In this document: piece by piece, positions 34,754-44,856 of the stretch
Layout of the letters: every line of letters begins with the position of its first letter
How positions within the stretch are numbered: position 1 is the first letter of the stretch
Assembly: GCA_002344135.1 (NCBI GenBank)
Contig: DDTO01000008.1
Span: 88,566 to 152,565 of the forward strand
Length of the DNA stretch: 64,000 nt
Direction: 5' to 3'
Source: Chthonomonas sp. UBA2362
Lineage (GTDB): Bacteria > Armatimonadota > Fimbriimonadia > Fimbriimonadales > Fimbriimonadaceae
Notes under the pieces: generated by a model
Seen by the model: only the letters and a program-made list of their open reading frames with translations
Database searches by the model: none
Told to the model about the DNA's origin: nothing
Translations under genes and position numbers: made by a program

Positions 34754-35962
34754 TCAGGACGGGTCCGGGAGGCGGTGGCCGAGTTTCTGCCGTTTGGTCT
34801 GGAGGTACTTCTCGTTGTGGCTGGTCGGCTCGGCGATGAGGGGGACGTGCTCGACGATCTCGAGGCCGTAGCCTTGAAGACCGGCGACCTTAGCGGGGTT
34901 GTTGGTCATGAGCCGGAGCCGTCGGAGACCGAGATCGGCAAGCACCTGGGCGCCGAGGCCGTAATCGCGGAGATCGGCCTTGAAGCCCAGCGCGTGATTG
35001 GCCTCGACGGTATCGAGCCCCTTGTCCTGAAGCTCGTAGGCGCGGAGTTTGTTGAGAATCCCGATGCCGCGACCCTCCTGGGCAACGTAGAGCACGACGC
35101 CGCGACCCTCCTGCTCGATGCGGTCGAGGGCCAGTCCCAGCTGGTCGCCGCAGTCGCATCGCAGTGAGCCGAGAATGTCCCCGGTGAGGCAGCTCGAGTG
35201 GACCCGCACCAGGACGGGCTCCTCGGTACAGACGTCGCCCTTGACGATGGCGAGATACGGATGCGCCTCGAGAGTCGGCTCGTAGGCGTAAAGGACGAAC
35301 TCACCGTGGCGCGTGGGGAAGGCGATAGGACCGGCGACCTTCTGGACCAGCCGCTCGTGACGACGCCGAAAAGCGATGAGGTCGGCGATCGTGATGATCT
35401 TGAGGTCGTGCGTCGCGGCAAACTGCTGGAGGCCCTCGAGGCGCATCATTTCACCGTCGTCGGCGACGATTTCGCACAGAACGCCCACCGGCTCGAAACC
35501 GGCCAGCACGCAGAGGTCGACGGTGGCTTCGGTATGACCGGCACGCCGCAACACGCCCCCCTTCTCGGCTCGGAGCGGAATGATATGGCCGGGGCGGGCG
35601 AGGTCGGTCGGCTGGGCCTGGGGATCGCAAAAGACGGCGACCGTCTTGGCTCGGTCGTATGCGCTGACTCCGGTGGTGCACCCCTCTATGGCGTCGACGG
35701 TCTCCCCCATCGCGGTGCCGAGGCGAGCGGTGTTGTCCTTCGTCATCATCGGGATGAGCAAGTCCTGCAGCCTCTCGGCGGTGGTCGGGATGCAGGGCAC
35801 GCCGCGGCCGTGGCGGATCATGAAGTTCATGGCCTCGGGAGTGCAGGTCTGTCCGGGCATGACGAGGTCCCCTTCGTTCTCGCGGTCGGGGTCGTCGACG
35901 ACGACGATCATCTTGCCCGCGCGCAGATCGTCCAGGGCCTCAGGAATGGTGGCGAAGCTCAC
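34754..35962 (-). CDS. ribBA: bifunctional 3,4-dihydroxy-2-butanone-4-phosphate synthase / GTP cyclohydrolase II
   Basis: DDPDRENEGDLV, RAGHTEA (RibB part); VRVHSSCLTGD...CDCG, QEGRGIGL (RibA part). Confidence 0.95.
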   Translation of the reverse strand: MSFATIPEALDDLRAGKMIVVVDDPDRENEGDLVMPGQTCTPEAMNFMIRHGRGVPCIPTTAERLQDLLIPMMTKDNTARLGTAMGETVDAIEGCTTGVSAYDRAKTVAVFCDPQAQPTDLARPGHIIPLRAEKGGVLRRAGHTEATVDLCVLAGFEPVGVLCEIVADDGEMMRLEGLQQFAATHDLKIITIADLIAFRRRHERLVQKVAGPIAFPTRHGEFVLYAYEPTLEAHPYLAIVKGDVCTEEPVLVRVHSSCLTGDILGSLRCDCGDQLGLALDRIEQEGRGVVLYVAQEGRGIGILNKLRAYELQDKGLDTVEANHALGFKADLRDYGLGAQVLADLGLRRLRLMTNNPAKVAGLQGYGLEIVEHVPLIAEPTSHNEKYLQTKRQKLGHRLPDPS

Positions 35963-35971
35963 GACTCTATT

Positions 35972-36403
35972 CTACGCGCGCTCGATGCCGACGGGCGCTG
36001 ATCTGCGGGTTACCAGGTAAACCGTTACCGCGCTGGCGATCGCGATGAGGAGCGCGACCACCCAGGGCGTCCGGACCGCGTAGGCCGAGATGCCGATGCA
36101 GATCCAAAGAAAGGCGATGGCGACGACCTTGGTCCGGGGTTTGATGCTGTGGTTGCGCTCCCAGTCCTGCAGGGTGGGGCCGACCAAGGGGTTATGAAGA
36201 AGCCACAGTTCGAACCGCTCGCTGCTTCGCTTGAAGCAGCAGAGCGCCAAGATCAAGAAGAACGTGCCGGGGACGAGGGGGAGGATGTAGCCCAAGATGC
36301 CGACCCCGACGAAGAGGAGGCCAACCACGAAAAACAGCGTCTTTTGAATCTTGGGCCGCGCGGCTCGATCGATCATCGCCACGATACGAAGATGATCGGA
36401 CAT
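35972..36403 (-). CDS. DUF454/YbaN-family inner membrane protein
   Basis: GILGYILPLVPGTFFLILALCCFKRSSERFELWLLHNP matches the YbaN pattern. Start is ATG 36403 (alternative ATG 36376). 9 nt upstream of ribBA. Confidence 0.7.
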   Translation of the reverse strand: MSDHLRIVAMIDRAARPKIQKTLFFVVGLLFVGVGILGYILPLVPGTFFLILALCCFKRSSERFELWLLHNPLVGPTLQDWERNHSIKPRTKVVAIAFLWICIGISAYAVRTPWVVALLIAIASAVTVYLVTRRSAPVGIERA

Positions 36404-36498
36404 TGCCGCGGGGCTGGTGTTGACGGCATTGGCGATGGCTTGCCTTTTCTGCCGATTCGCCCGTCGAATCGGAACACACCCTCGGCCAGAATGCACGG

Positions 36499-37791
36499 TT
36501 GATGACCTTCGAAGAGGCGATTGCGCGCGTCACCTCCCTCCAGGGGCGGGGTTGGCGGCTGGGGCTCGACCGGATGGAAGAATTCCTTCGGCGTGCCGGC
36601 CTCGACGATGTGCTCGCTCGAGGGTCGACCTCGCCCCGGTACATCCACGTCGCGGGCACGAACGGCAAGGGAAGCGTTACGGCCTTCGCTCAGAGCCTGC
36701 TCGTGGAACTCGGGTACCGGACGGGAGCGACCTACAGTCCCTACGTTTACGACGTGCGAGAACGGATCCAGTTCGGGCGAGAGTCGGTGTCACAGGACGA
36801 GTTTGCGAACTTGGTGGAGGCGCTCTGGCCCGTCGCGAGCGAGATGGAGAGCACCGAACTCGGCGGGCCAACGGAGTTCGAGTTCAAGACAGCCATGGGA
36901 TTCCTGTACTGGAAGCGCCAGCGCTGCGAATGGGTGGCGATCGAGGTCGGTTTGGGTGGGCGTCTGGACGCGACCAACGTCGTCGATCCCGCGTGCTCGG
37001 TGGTGACCACGATCGAGTGGGACCATGCGGACATCCTCGGCGACACCTTGGGCAAAATCGCCGCAGAGAAGGCCGGCATCGTCAAGCCGGGGCGACCGGT
37101 GGTCATCGGGAAAATGGCACGGGAACCCCTCGAAGTTATCCTGGAAATCGCCGCCGAACGCGGTGCGCCGGCAATCGTTTGGGGCCGCGATGTCGTCGCC
37201 GAGACTCAGGAGGGGCGAGTCAGGGTCGCGGGTCCCGGCTACTCCTATAACGGCTTGCAGCCGGGCATCGCCGGCGTTGTCCAGCCCCACAACCTCGCCT
37301 TGGCAATTGCGGCCCTCCATGCCGGGGGCGCGGTTCAGAACGCCAGTGAAGAGGCGATCCGCCGAGGGGCGGCTCTCACCTCGATACCCGGTCGGATGGA
37401 GTCTCGGCGGGCGGCGGGGCGAGACTGGATTCTCGATGGAGCCCACAACCCGCAAGCCGCAAGGAGCGTGGTTCAAAGCGTGGTCCCGGGGCGGCTGCCA
37501 CGGACGATGATCGCAGGCATGCTTTCTGGGCACGATGCGCTGACCTTCTTTAGCGAGTTCACCGACCTCGTCACCAGCGTCCATCTGGCCCCTATCGATT
37601 TCCATCGGAGCCGCGATCCATTCGAGTTGGGGAACGAGATCAGTAGCCTCTTCCCGCGAGTCGAACCGCACGCTAGCGTGGAAGAGGCTGTCGATGCGGC
37701 GATCGCCGAAGGCGTCGAGCCGATCTTGGTAACGGGCAGCTTCTACTTGGTGGGAGAGGTCGGACGGCTGCTGGAGCGACGTCCCGAGTGA
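36499..37791 (+). CDS. folC: bifunctional folylpolyglutamate synthase / dihydrofolate synthase
   Basis: IHVAGTNGKGSV (P-loop of Mur ligase family), EVGLGGRLDATNV, DGAHNPQAA. Confidence 0.9.
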   Translation: MMTFEEAIARVTSLQGRGWRLGLDRMEEFLRRAGLDDVLARGSTSPRYIHVAGTNGKGSVTAFAQSLLVELGYRTGATYSPYVYDVRERIQFGRESVSQDEFANLVEALWPVASEMESTELGGPTEFEFKTAMGFLYWKRQRCEWVAIEVGLGGRLDATNVVDPACSVVTTIEWDHADILGDTLGKIAAEKAGIVKPGRPVVIGKMAREPLEVILEIAAERGAPAIVWGRDVVAETQEGRVRVAGPGYSYNGLQPGIAGVVQPHNLALAIAALHAGGAVQNASEEAIRRGAALTSIPGRMESRRAAGRDWILDGAHNPQAARSVVQSVVPGRLPRTMIAGMLSGHDALTFFSEFTDLVTSVHLAPIDFHRSRDPFELGNEISSLFPRVEPHASVEEAVDAAIAEGVEPILVTGSFYLVGEVGRLLERRPE

Positions 37792-37821
37792 GGCGCCCGC
37801 GCTCTGGTACCCTAGTCGTAT

Positions 37822-37898
37822 CGGGGCGTGGCGCAGCTTGGTAGCGCACCTGCTTTGGGAGCAGGGGGTCGCCAGTTCGAATCTGGCCGCCCCGACCA
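37822..37898 (+). tRNA. tRNA-Pro (anticodon UGG)
   Basis: CGGGGCG acceptor stem pairs with CGCCCCG, followed by ACCA. D-loop AGCTTGGTAG. Anticodon stem CCTGC/GCAGG with loop TTTGGGA. T-arm GGTCGCCAGTTCGAATCTGGC. Confidence 0.9.
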
Positions 37899-37932
37899 AT
37901 TCTCCTAGTAGACGTGTGGTAACCTTCCTCAC

Positions 37933-38538
37933 GTGATCGCGAGGTTGCGCGGGGAGCTGCTCGAAATCGAGGGAGGCCGGATCGTCGTCGACGCAGGCGG
38001 AGTCGGATACGAGGTACTTGTTCCCGACACTCTCCTGTCGCGGCTCCCGGAGCCTGGTGCTGCGGTCGATCTCGTGGTTCGCCAAATCTTTCGAGAGGAC
38101 AACGTCAGCCTTTACGGATTTGCCGAACCGTTCGAGCGCCGGCTCTTCGACCTTTTGACCGAAGTCAAGGGCTGCGGGCCGAAGACGAGCCTCGCCGTCC
38201 TCGGCGAACTCGGCGGAGACGGAGCCGCGACCGCCATTGCCACGCAGGACGCCAAGAGTCTATGCCGGGCGACGGGCGTCGGACCTCGCCTCGCCGAGCG
38301 CATCATCCTTGAACTCAGGGAGAAGATACAGCACGAGGCACTGGGTCGCAAAGTGGCGCTCACGTCTTCCACGAAGGCCGTCGTGCAGGCCGCCGCCGTA
38401 GCCGACGAATTGATCGATGCGCTGGTCGCCTTGGGTTACCGACGCCTCGAAGCCGAGCAGGCCGCCGATCAGGCCCGTGAGCAGGCGCCGACCGTCGAGG
38501 AGCAGCTCAAGATCGCGCTGAGGAGCCTGCGAAAGTGA
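37933..38538 (+). CDS. ruvA: Holliday junction branch migration protein RuvA
   Basis: [67 protein letters not shown] (HhH). 4-nt overlap with ruvB. Confidence 0.9.
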   Translation: MIARLRGELLEIEGGRIVVDAGGVGYEVLVPDTLLSRLPEPGAAVDLVVRQIFREDNVSLYGFAEPFERRLFDLLTEVKGCGPKTSLAVLGELGGDGAATAIATQDAKSLCRATGVGPRLAERIILELREKIQHEALGRKVALTSSTKAVVQAAAVADELIDALVALGYRRLEAEQAADQAREQAPTVEEQLKIALRSLRK

Positions 38539-39572
38539 GCCGTCCCAGCGAAGTCGACCCGGTCCAGTTGCCCGAAGAGCGGTCGTACGAACTGGCCATT
38601 CGGCCCAAGCGGCTGCGAGAGTTCATCGGACAGGATCGGCTCAAGGCTAACTTGGCGGTGTTCTTGGAAGCCGCCCGGCAACGGGACGAGCCGCTGGACC
38701 ACCTGCTCCTTTATGGCCCGCCGGGCCTCGGCAAGACGACCCTCGCCCATATCGTAGCGGTCGAGATGGGCGCGCCGATCCACGTGACGAGCGGGCCGGC
38801 GATCGAGCGGCCTGGCGATCTCGTGGGCATCCTAACCAATCTCGATTCGGGCGCCGTGCTGTTCGTCGACGAGATCCACCGGCTCAGCCGACCCGTAGAG
38901 GAGATCCTCTACCCGGCGATGGAGGACTGCAAGGTCGATATCCTCATTGGAAAGGGGCCGGCGGCCAGGTCGATCCGTCTGGACGTCCCGCGGTTTACCG
39001 TCATCGGGGCGACGACTCGCCAGGGCCTCCTCACGGGTCCGCTTCGGGATCGGTTCGGCATCGTTAGCCACTTCGCGTTCTATGACTCCGAGGCCCTTTT
39101 CGAGATCATCACGCGTTCGGCGGGCATCCTCGGCTACGTCATCGAGCCCGACGCCGCGCGAGTCCTTGCGATGAGGGCACGAGGCACCCCTCGCATCGCG
39201 AACCGTCTGCTGCGGCGGGTCCGCGATTTCGCGCAGGTCGAGGGATTGGAAGCGATCGGAAAACCGATCGTAGAGACCGCCCTCGATGCCCTCGAAGTCG
39301 ACCACGTGGGGCTCGACCGAGTCGACCGCATGATCCTGCGGGCGATCATCGACAAGTACTCCGGGGGTCCGGTAGGACTGGAGACGCTGGCGGCGACCAC
39401 CGGGGAAGACTCTGGCACGATCGAAGACGTCTACGAGCCGTTCCTCCTGCAGCAGGGGCTCATTCAGCGCACGCCGCGTGGACGTTCGGCGACCGCGGCA
39501 GCTTATCGGCATTTGGGTCAGGAACCGCCGTCTTCACAAGGAGCCGATGCGCCGAGTCTGTTCGAGGGTTAG
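38535..39572 (+). CDS. ruvB: Holliday junction DNA helicase RuvB
   Basis: [25 protein letters not shown] (Walker A), LFVDEIHRL (Walker B), [34 protein letters not shown]. Confidence 0.95.
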   Translation: MSRPSEVDPVQLPEERSYELAIRPKRLREFIGQDRLKANLAVFLEAARQRDEPLDHLLLYGPPGLGKTTLAHIVAVEMGAPIHVTSGPAIERPGDLVGILTNLDSGAVLFVDEIHRLSRPVEEILYPAMEDCKVDILIGKGPAARSIRLDVPRFTVIGATTRQGLLTGPLRDRFGIVSHFAFYDSEALFEIITRSAGILGYVIEPDAARVLAMRARGTPRIANRLLRRVRDFAQVEGLEAIGKPIVETALDALEVDHVGLDRVDRMILRAIIDKYSGGPVGLETLAATTGEDSGTIEDVYEPFLLQQGLIQRTPRGRSATAAAYRHLGQEPPSSQGADAPSLFEG

Positions 39573-39677
39573 CCCACTTTCCCACGAACTTTTGCCGTCC
39601 AAACAGGGTCCTACACTTGACAGCGTGGCGACGATGGTCGTCGCGCGGCCAGTTATTGACCATAGAGAGGTTCTAAT

Positions 39678-41411
39678 ATGCTTCGTTTTTGGAGTTCGCT
39701 CGCCCTCGGCTTGGCCGTCGCGAGTGTGAGTTTCGCTAATGGCACGGTTCAAGAATACGTGCCTGGAGAGGTCCTCGTTAAGTTCAAGCACACCAGCGTT
39801 TCGCCCGATGCGATCCGCGCGAACCGACTCATCGGAGCCGAAGTCGTGAATGAACTGACCGAGATCGGCGTCTCCCTCATCCGTATTCCCGACACCCTTT
39901 CGGTCGAGAATGCAGTGAAGTACTACCAGTCGATTCAGGGAGTCGAGTTTGCCGAGCCGAACGGCATCGTCCATGCGACGTTCACTCCGAACGATCCCTC
40001 TTTCGCCAGTCAGCAGTACGGTCCGCAGATCATCCAGTGCCAGCCGGCCTGGGACGTCAACCAGGGCAGCAGCAGCGTCATCATAGCGATCGTCGATACG
40101 GGCATCAACATGAGCCACGTCGACCTGAGCGGAAAGATCGTTGCCGGCTGGGACTTCGTCAACAACGATGCCGATGCCTCGGACGACCATGGACACGGCA
40201 CGCACTGCGCGGGCATTTCCGCCGCAAAGACCAATAACGCGGTCGGCATCGCAGGAGTCGGCTTCAACTGCTGGCTCATGCCGGTCAAGGTGCTTAACTC
40301 AGGCGGCAGCGGCACATGGGAGAACGTCGCCGCCGGGATCAACTTCGCCTCGACCAATGGAGCACACGTTATCTCGATGAGCCTGGGCGGATCCGGTACG
40401 TCGGCGACCGTGCAGGCTGCGGTCGACAACGCCTGGAACAACAATCGGCTCGTCGTGGCTGCCGCCGGCAACAGCGGCTCGACCTCCCAGTTCTATCCCG
40501 CCGCCTACCCCAACTGCATCGCCGTCGCCTCGACGACGAACACGGATGCACGATCGTCGTTCAGCAACTACGGCGCTTCCTGGGTCGACGTGGCGGCTCC
40601 CGGCTCGGACATCTACTCCACCTATGGATCCGGCTACACCCTCCTGAGTGGAACATCCATGGCGTGCCCGCACGTCGCGGGCCTCGGCGGCCTGCTCTGG
40701 GCCCACCTCGGAACGAATACGAACGTTGCCGTGATTCGGCAGCGGATCGAGCAGAACTGCGACCCCGTAGGGAACTTCATCGCTTGGGGCCGCATCAACG
40801 CCTATCGTGCGCTGACCGGGCAGACCATCGCCTCGATCACTGCGCTTTCGCTTAATCCCACGACCGTCACCGCCGGCGCGACCTCGACGGCAACCGTGAC
40901 GCTGAGTATTCCCGCACCGAGCGGTGGCACCCTCGTCACGCTGTCCTCGAACAATGCGGCGGCGACGGTACCGTCCTCCATCACGGTTCCGGAAGGCTCG
41001 AACACGGCACAGTTCACCGTGAATACCCATCAGCCGGCGTCGACTCAGATCTGCCAGATCACAGGTACCGCCGGAGGCCAGAACCGGAGCGCTAACCTTA
41101 CGGTTAATCCTGCGCCAGTCATTACGCTTCGTGACTTCCGACTGTCGAACTACAGTGTGCTGGGCGGATCGGGGCTCTACGGCTACGTCTATCTCCAGCA
41201 AGCGGCGCCTCCGGGCGGGGTTATCGTGACGATCACCAAGAACGGTGGTGGGCTCAACGTCATCGTTCCGACCACTGCGTTCATTCCGGCGGGAACGAAC
41301 TTCGCGCGAATCGTCATTGCGACGGCCCCGGTGCAATCGGTCATCACGTCCGACATTAGCGCGGTATACGGCTCGCAGTCGATCATGCGAACGTTGACCG
41401 TGAACCCGTAG
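39678..41411 (+). CDS. S8 family serine peptidase with two C-terminal Ig-like repeats
   Basis: Signal peptide. An inhibitor-I9-like propeptide (EVLVKFK). IVDTGINMSHVDL, HGTHCAGI, SGTSMACPHVAG. Then two domains of about 95 aa, each ending ...LTVNP. Confidence 0.9.
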   Translation: MLRFWSSLALGLAVASVSFANGTVQEYVPGEVLVKFKHTSVSPDAIRANRLIGAEVVNELTEIGVSLIRIPDTLSVENAVKYYQSIQGVEFAEPNGIVHATFTPNDPSFASQQYGPQIIQCQPAWDVNQGSSSVIIAIVDTGINMSHVDLSGKIVAGWDFVNNDADASDDHGHGTHCAGISAAKTNNAVGIAGVGFNCWLMPVKVLNSGGSGTWENVAAGINFASTNGAHVISMSLGGSGTSATVQAAVDNAWNNNRLVVAAAGNSGSTSQFYPAAYPNCIAVASTTNTDARSSFSNYGASWVDVAAPGSDIYSTYGSGYTLLSGTSMACPHVAGLGGLLWAHLGTNTNVAVIRQRIEQNCDPVGNFIAWGRINAYRALTGQTIASITALSLNPTTVTAGATSTATVTLSIPAPSGGTLVTLSSNNAAATVPSSITVPEGSNTAQFTVNTHQPASTQICQITGTAGGQNRSANLTVNPAPVITLRDFRLSNYSVLGGSGLYGYVYLQQAAPPGGVIVTITKNGGGLNVIVPTTAFIPAGTNFARIVIATAPVQSVITSDISAVYGSQSIMRTLTVNP

Positions 41412-41431
41412 CGGTTCCTGGTGAACAAGAG

Positions 41432-41462
41432 AAACGCGCCCCCCTCGGGGGCGCGTTCTTTT
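41432..41462. terminator. bidirectional intrinsic terminator between convergent genes
   Basis: GAACGCGCCCCC-CTC-GGGGGCGCGTTC, flanked by a T-run on the + strand (TTCTTTTGG) and by TTTCTCTTGTT on the - strand. Confidence 0.75.
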
Positions 41463-41477
41463 GGTCTAGCAGAAGTG

Positions 41478-42569
41478 TTAGTCGCCTTCCAGTCCGAAGT
41501 TATTGCTCAGGATCGCGAAGTCTCCGATATCGACCTCGTCATCGCCCAGCAGGTCGGCATTGGCGTTCCAATTCGGGTCACCGGGGATGGCGCCGAAAGC
41601 GGAAGATAGCAGAGCGTAGTCTCCGATGGAGATCTCATTGTCGCCATCGCAGTCGCCATTGACGAGGCTGAAACTGAGGTCTCCGCCGAATTCGCCGAAC
41701 GTCACCTGTTGGCATTGCCGGAGCCAGTGGGGCGCCTTCACGCAGACGGTGTATTCGCCCTCCACGCAGGCCCGTATGGGGATCGCTGACTCGCTGCTCA
41801 GGTTGATGGTGGACTCGCGGATGACGTTTCCTCCGCCATCTTGGATCGTGACCGTGATCGGTACGGCGGTCTCGTCGCCAAGATAGTCCTGTAACTCTCC
41901 GTCGACCATCAAGTACGTCCCGAACGGGTGCGTGCTGATCGCGAAGTAACCCGCCAAAAAGTCGGCCGAAGCTTGATCGGGTTCTCGCATCATGACGAAG
42001 TCTATCGTCGTGCCAGGCACGACTTGTACGGTCAGTGCCGACGTTCCGCCTGAGAAGTCTTCGAATCTGAGCGGAAACTGCGACGAGAAGGTGTTGGGCG
42101 CAATGAACGAGGCCTGGCTTACAGTGAGGCCGTTGACCTGGATGAAGCTGTTCATCCAGCGTCCGATATTGCGCGGCATCCAGGTCTCGCCACAGAGGTA
42201 CACCGTGCCGTTGATCGGACTCGTCCAGCGTAAGCAAGAGTATTCGGTGGCGGTTCGCTCTGTCTCCGCCCCATGCATGAAGACCGTTCCTCGGGGAAGG
42301 TCCATGTTGTAGACTCGGCTGATCGTAGCCCTTGCCCACATCGGAACATGGTCGTTATATGGCAACGGCCGGGCGGCCCATGCCGCCTGGTTGGTCCCGG
42401 GATCCCAGGGATTCCAGTTGGTGGTGAACAGGGAACTCGGAGCTTGAAGAAGGCTCCAAGCACCGAACGGATTTGTTGCATCACTCCAGTCCGCAGACGC
42501 ATTCCAGGTGGTCGCGCCCGCAGAAACGGCGATGCTCATGGCGAGCAGTAGTGTGGTCTGACGCATCAT
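41478..42569 (-). CDS. secreted protein of unknown function with dockerin-type C-terminal cassette
   Basis: GGAG-N5-ATG at 42569. Signal peptide MMRQTTLLLAMSIAVSAGA. C-terminus ELQDYLG...VKAPHWL...NGDCDGDNEISIGDYALLSSAFG...DLLGDDEVDIGDFAILSNNFGLEGD-stop. Confidence 0.75.
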   Translation of the reverse strand: MMRQTTLLLAMSIAVSAGATTWNASADWSDATNPFGAWSLLQAPSSLFTTNWNPWDPGTNQAAWAARPLPYNDHVPMWARATISRVYNMDLPRGTVFMHGAETERTATEYSCLRWTSPINGTVYLCGETWMPRNIGRWMNSFIQVNGLTVSQASFIAPNTFSSQFPLRFEDFSGGTSALTVQVVPGTTIDFVMMREPDQASADFLAGYFAISTHPFGTYLMVDGELQDYLGDETAVPITVTIQDGGGNVIRESTINLSSESAIPIRACVEGEYTVCVKAPHWLRQCQQVTFGEFGGDLSFSLVNGDCDGDNEISIGDYALLSSAFGAIPGDPNWNANADLLGDDEVDIGDFAILSNNFGLEGD

Positions 42570-42712
42570 TGTTTCTCCAGTAGAAGGCATTGGTATTCTA
42601 GCGGGTGTTGACCTGATTCCCACAGCAGAGGGCAATACCTGGCAAATTCAACGGCCAAACAGCGCATGCTCGGACGGCTTGGCGTCGCCTGACGTAGAAT
42701 CTGGCAAGCTCC

Positions 42713-44794
42713 ATGCAGATCGTCTCCTACGACACGCCCTTCGACATCTCGCGCGCCTTCGAGCCCAAAGGGGACCAGGCGCGCGCGATCGAGCAACTTT
42801 GCGAAGGCGTCGAATCGGGTTACCGCTTCCAGACCCTGCTCGGTGCGACAGGGACCGGCAAGACCTTCACGATGGCGAGCGTGATTCAGCGGCTGCAGCG
42901 GCCGGCCTTGGTCATGGCCCACAACAAGACGCTCGCTGCCCAACTGTGCCAAGAGTTCCGGGCGTTCTTCCCCGAGAACTCGGTGCAGTACTTCATCAGC
43001 TACTACGATTACTACCAGCCGGAAGCCTACGTCCCCCAGTCCGACCTCTATATCGAGAAGGACTCCAGCACCAACGAAGAGATCGACCGGCTCCGGCACT
43101 CGGCGACACAGGCTCTCCTGGAACGGCGGGACGTCGTCATCGTCGCCAGTGTCTCGTGCATCTACGGCCTGGGTTCCCCGGACACGTATGCCGAATCGGT
43201 CGTGACCTTCGAGACCGGCGCCGAGTTCCACCTGGACGAGGCGCTCAAGAAGCTGGTGCAGATGCAGTTCGTGCGCAACGACCTCGTCCTCGATCGGGGC
43301 ACCTTCCGCGTCCGCGGTGACACCCTCGAGATCCAGCCAAAGGACGAGGAGATCGTCACCCGGGTCGAGTTCTTCGGGGATGTGGTCGAACGCATCCGCC
43401 TCTTCGACCCCCTGACCGGTGAGGTGCTCGACGAGCCCACCAGGTGCTCGATCTTCCCTGCGACCCACTATGTCACCCCGTGGGAGCGCATGGACGTCGT
43501 TCTCGAACAGATCGAGCACGAGCGAGACCTCCAAGTCGCCCGGTTCACCGAAGAGGGCAAGCTACTTGAGGCACAGCGTTTGCGCCAGCGAACCGACTTC
43601 GACTTGGAGATGATGCGCGAGGTCGGCTACTGTAACGGCATCGAGAATTACAGCCGCTACTTCGATGGACGCGCGCCCGGCACGCCGCCTTATACTCTCC
43701 TCGACTTCCTCCCCAAAGACGCCCTCGTTTTCGTCGACGAGAGCCACCAGACGATCCCGCAGATTCGCGCGATGTTCAACGGCGATCAGCAGCGAAAGTC
43801 GGTCCTCGTCGACTACGGATTCCGCTTGCCGAGCGCCCTCGATAACCGGCCGCTCAAGTTCGACGAGTTCTTGGAGCGCGTACCGCAGGTCGTGTTCGTC
43901 AGCGCGACACCTGGTCCGTTCGAGAAGGAGGCCCAGGCGCAAGAAGTGCAGCAGATCATCCGGCCGACCTACCTCGTCGATCCTGAAGTCGTCATCCGCC
44001 CGACGAAGGGACAGATCGACGACTTGATGAGCGAAATACAAGGCCGAGTCGAGAAGGGACAGCGTGCACTCGTGACGACTTTGACCAAAAGGATGGCCGA
44101 GGACCTGACGACTTACCTCCAGGACCTCGGAGTGAAGGTCCAATACATCCACTCGAACGTTCACTCGCTCGAACGGCCGGAAATCCTGCGCGATCTGCGA
44201 CTGGGCGTCTATGACGTCGTCGTCGGTGTGAATCTCCTCCGAGAAGGCCTCGACCTGCCCGAGGTCACCCTCGTGGCGATCCTCGACGCCGACAAAGAAG
44301 GGTTTCTCCGGTCCGAGACTTCCCTGATTCAGACCATTGGACGAGCAGCCCGAAACGTCGAGGGCCAGGTCATCCTCTACGCGGACACAATCACCGGTTC
44401 GATGCAGCGGGCGATCGACGAAACCAACCGGCGACGTGAAGTGCAGCGCAAGTACAACGAGGAGCACGGCGTCTCTCCGCAAACCGTCACCAAGGTCGTG
44501 CGCGAGACGATACGGTCTTACGACGAGGCTGCTCCCCTGACGGCTCAATATGGCGAGGAAGGCCTCGAACTAGTTCAGCTTCAGCAAGACGGCAAGCCGA
44601 TCCGAATCGAGGAGATTCCGATCCTGGTCGCCGGACTCGAGAAGCAGATGAAGGACCTCGCCAAGGCGATGGAGTTCGAGAAGGCGGCGGTGATTCGCGA
44701 CGAGATTACTGCGCTCCGCAAGTTCCTTGGCACGACCGATGGCCGCCTCGGCCAGGATCGACGCAAGTCGCGCACCATGAGTCGTCATCGCTAA
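42713..44794 (+). CDS. uvrB: excinuclease ABC subunit B
   Basis: [22 protein letters not shown] (Walker A), the beta-hairpin region [17 protein letters not shown], and the C-terminal UVR domain [15 protein letters not shown]. Confidence 0.95.
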   Translation: MQIVSYDTPFDISRAFEPKGDQARAIEQLCEGVESGYRFQTLLGATGTGKTFTMASVIQRLQRPALVMAHNKTLAAQLCQEFRAFFPENSVQYFISYYDYYQPEAYVPQSDLYIEKDSSTNEEIDRLRHSATQALLERRDVVIVASVSCIYGLGSPDTYAESVVTFETGAEFHLDEALKKLVQMQFVRNDLVLDRGTFRVRGDTLEIQPKDEEIVTRVEFFGDVVERIRLFDPLTGEVLDEPTRCSIFPATHYVTPWERMDVVLEQIEHERDLQVARFTEEGKLLEAQRLRQRTDFDLEMMREVGYCNGIENYSRYFDGRAPGTPPYTLLDFLPKDALVFVDESHQTIPQIRAMFNGDQQRKSVLVDYGFRLPSALDNRPLKFDEFLERVPQVVFVSATPGPFEKEAQAQEVQQIIRPTYLVDPEVVIRPTKGQIDDLMSEIQGRVEKGQRALVTTLTKRMAEDLTTYLQDLGVKVQYIHSNVHSLERPEILRDLRLGVYDVVVGVNLLREGLDLPEVTLVAILDADKEGFLRSETSLIQTIGRAARNVEGQVILYADTITGSMQRAIDETNRRREVQRKYNEEHGVSPQTVTKVVRETIRSYDEAAPLTAQYGEEGLELVQLQQDGKPIRIEEIPILVAGLEKQMKDLAKAMEFEKAAVIRDEITALRKFLGTTDGRLGQDRRKSRTMSRHR

Positions 44795-44856
44795 CCTCGC
44801 AATTGTGTCGCTGTCGTATACTCGAAGCCTCTGATACTTTTTCTTGGAGGGAGAAG

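Noticed and set aside
33554-35167. 537-aa + strand ORF overlapping ypfJ, the methyltransferase and ribBA
   Set aside because: It is an alternative-frame or antisense shadow across three genes that each carry clear family motifs.
35963-36498. FMN riboswitch upstream of ribBA
   Set aside because: ribBA starts 9 nt after the ybaN-like stop, so there is no leader. The 95-nt region upstream of the ybaN-like gene lacks the conserved FMN-element segments as far as I can read, and I saw only a small CCGATTCG/CGAATCGG hairpin. A covariance-model scan would be needed for certainty.
37792-37932. tRNA-Pro as an integration site for a genomic island
   Set aside because: No integrase, no direct repeat of the tRNA 3' end that I could find in the window, and the flanking genes (folC, ruvAB) are core housekeeping.
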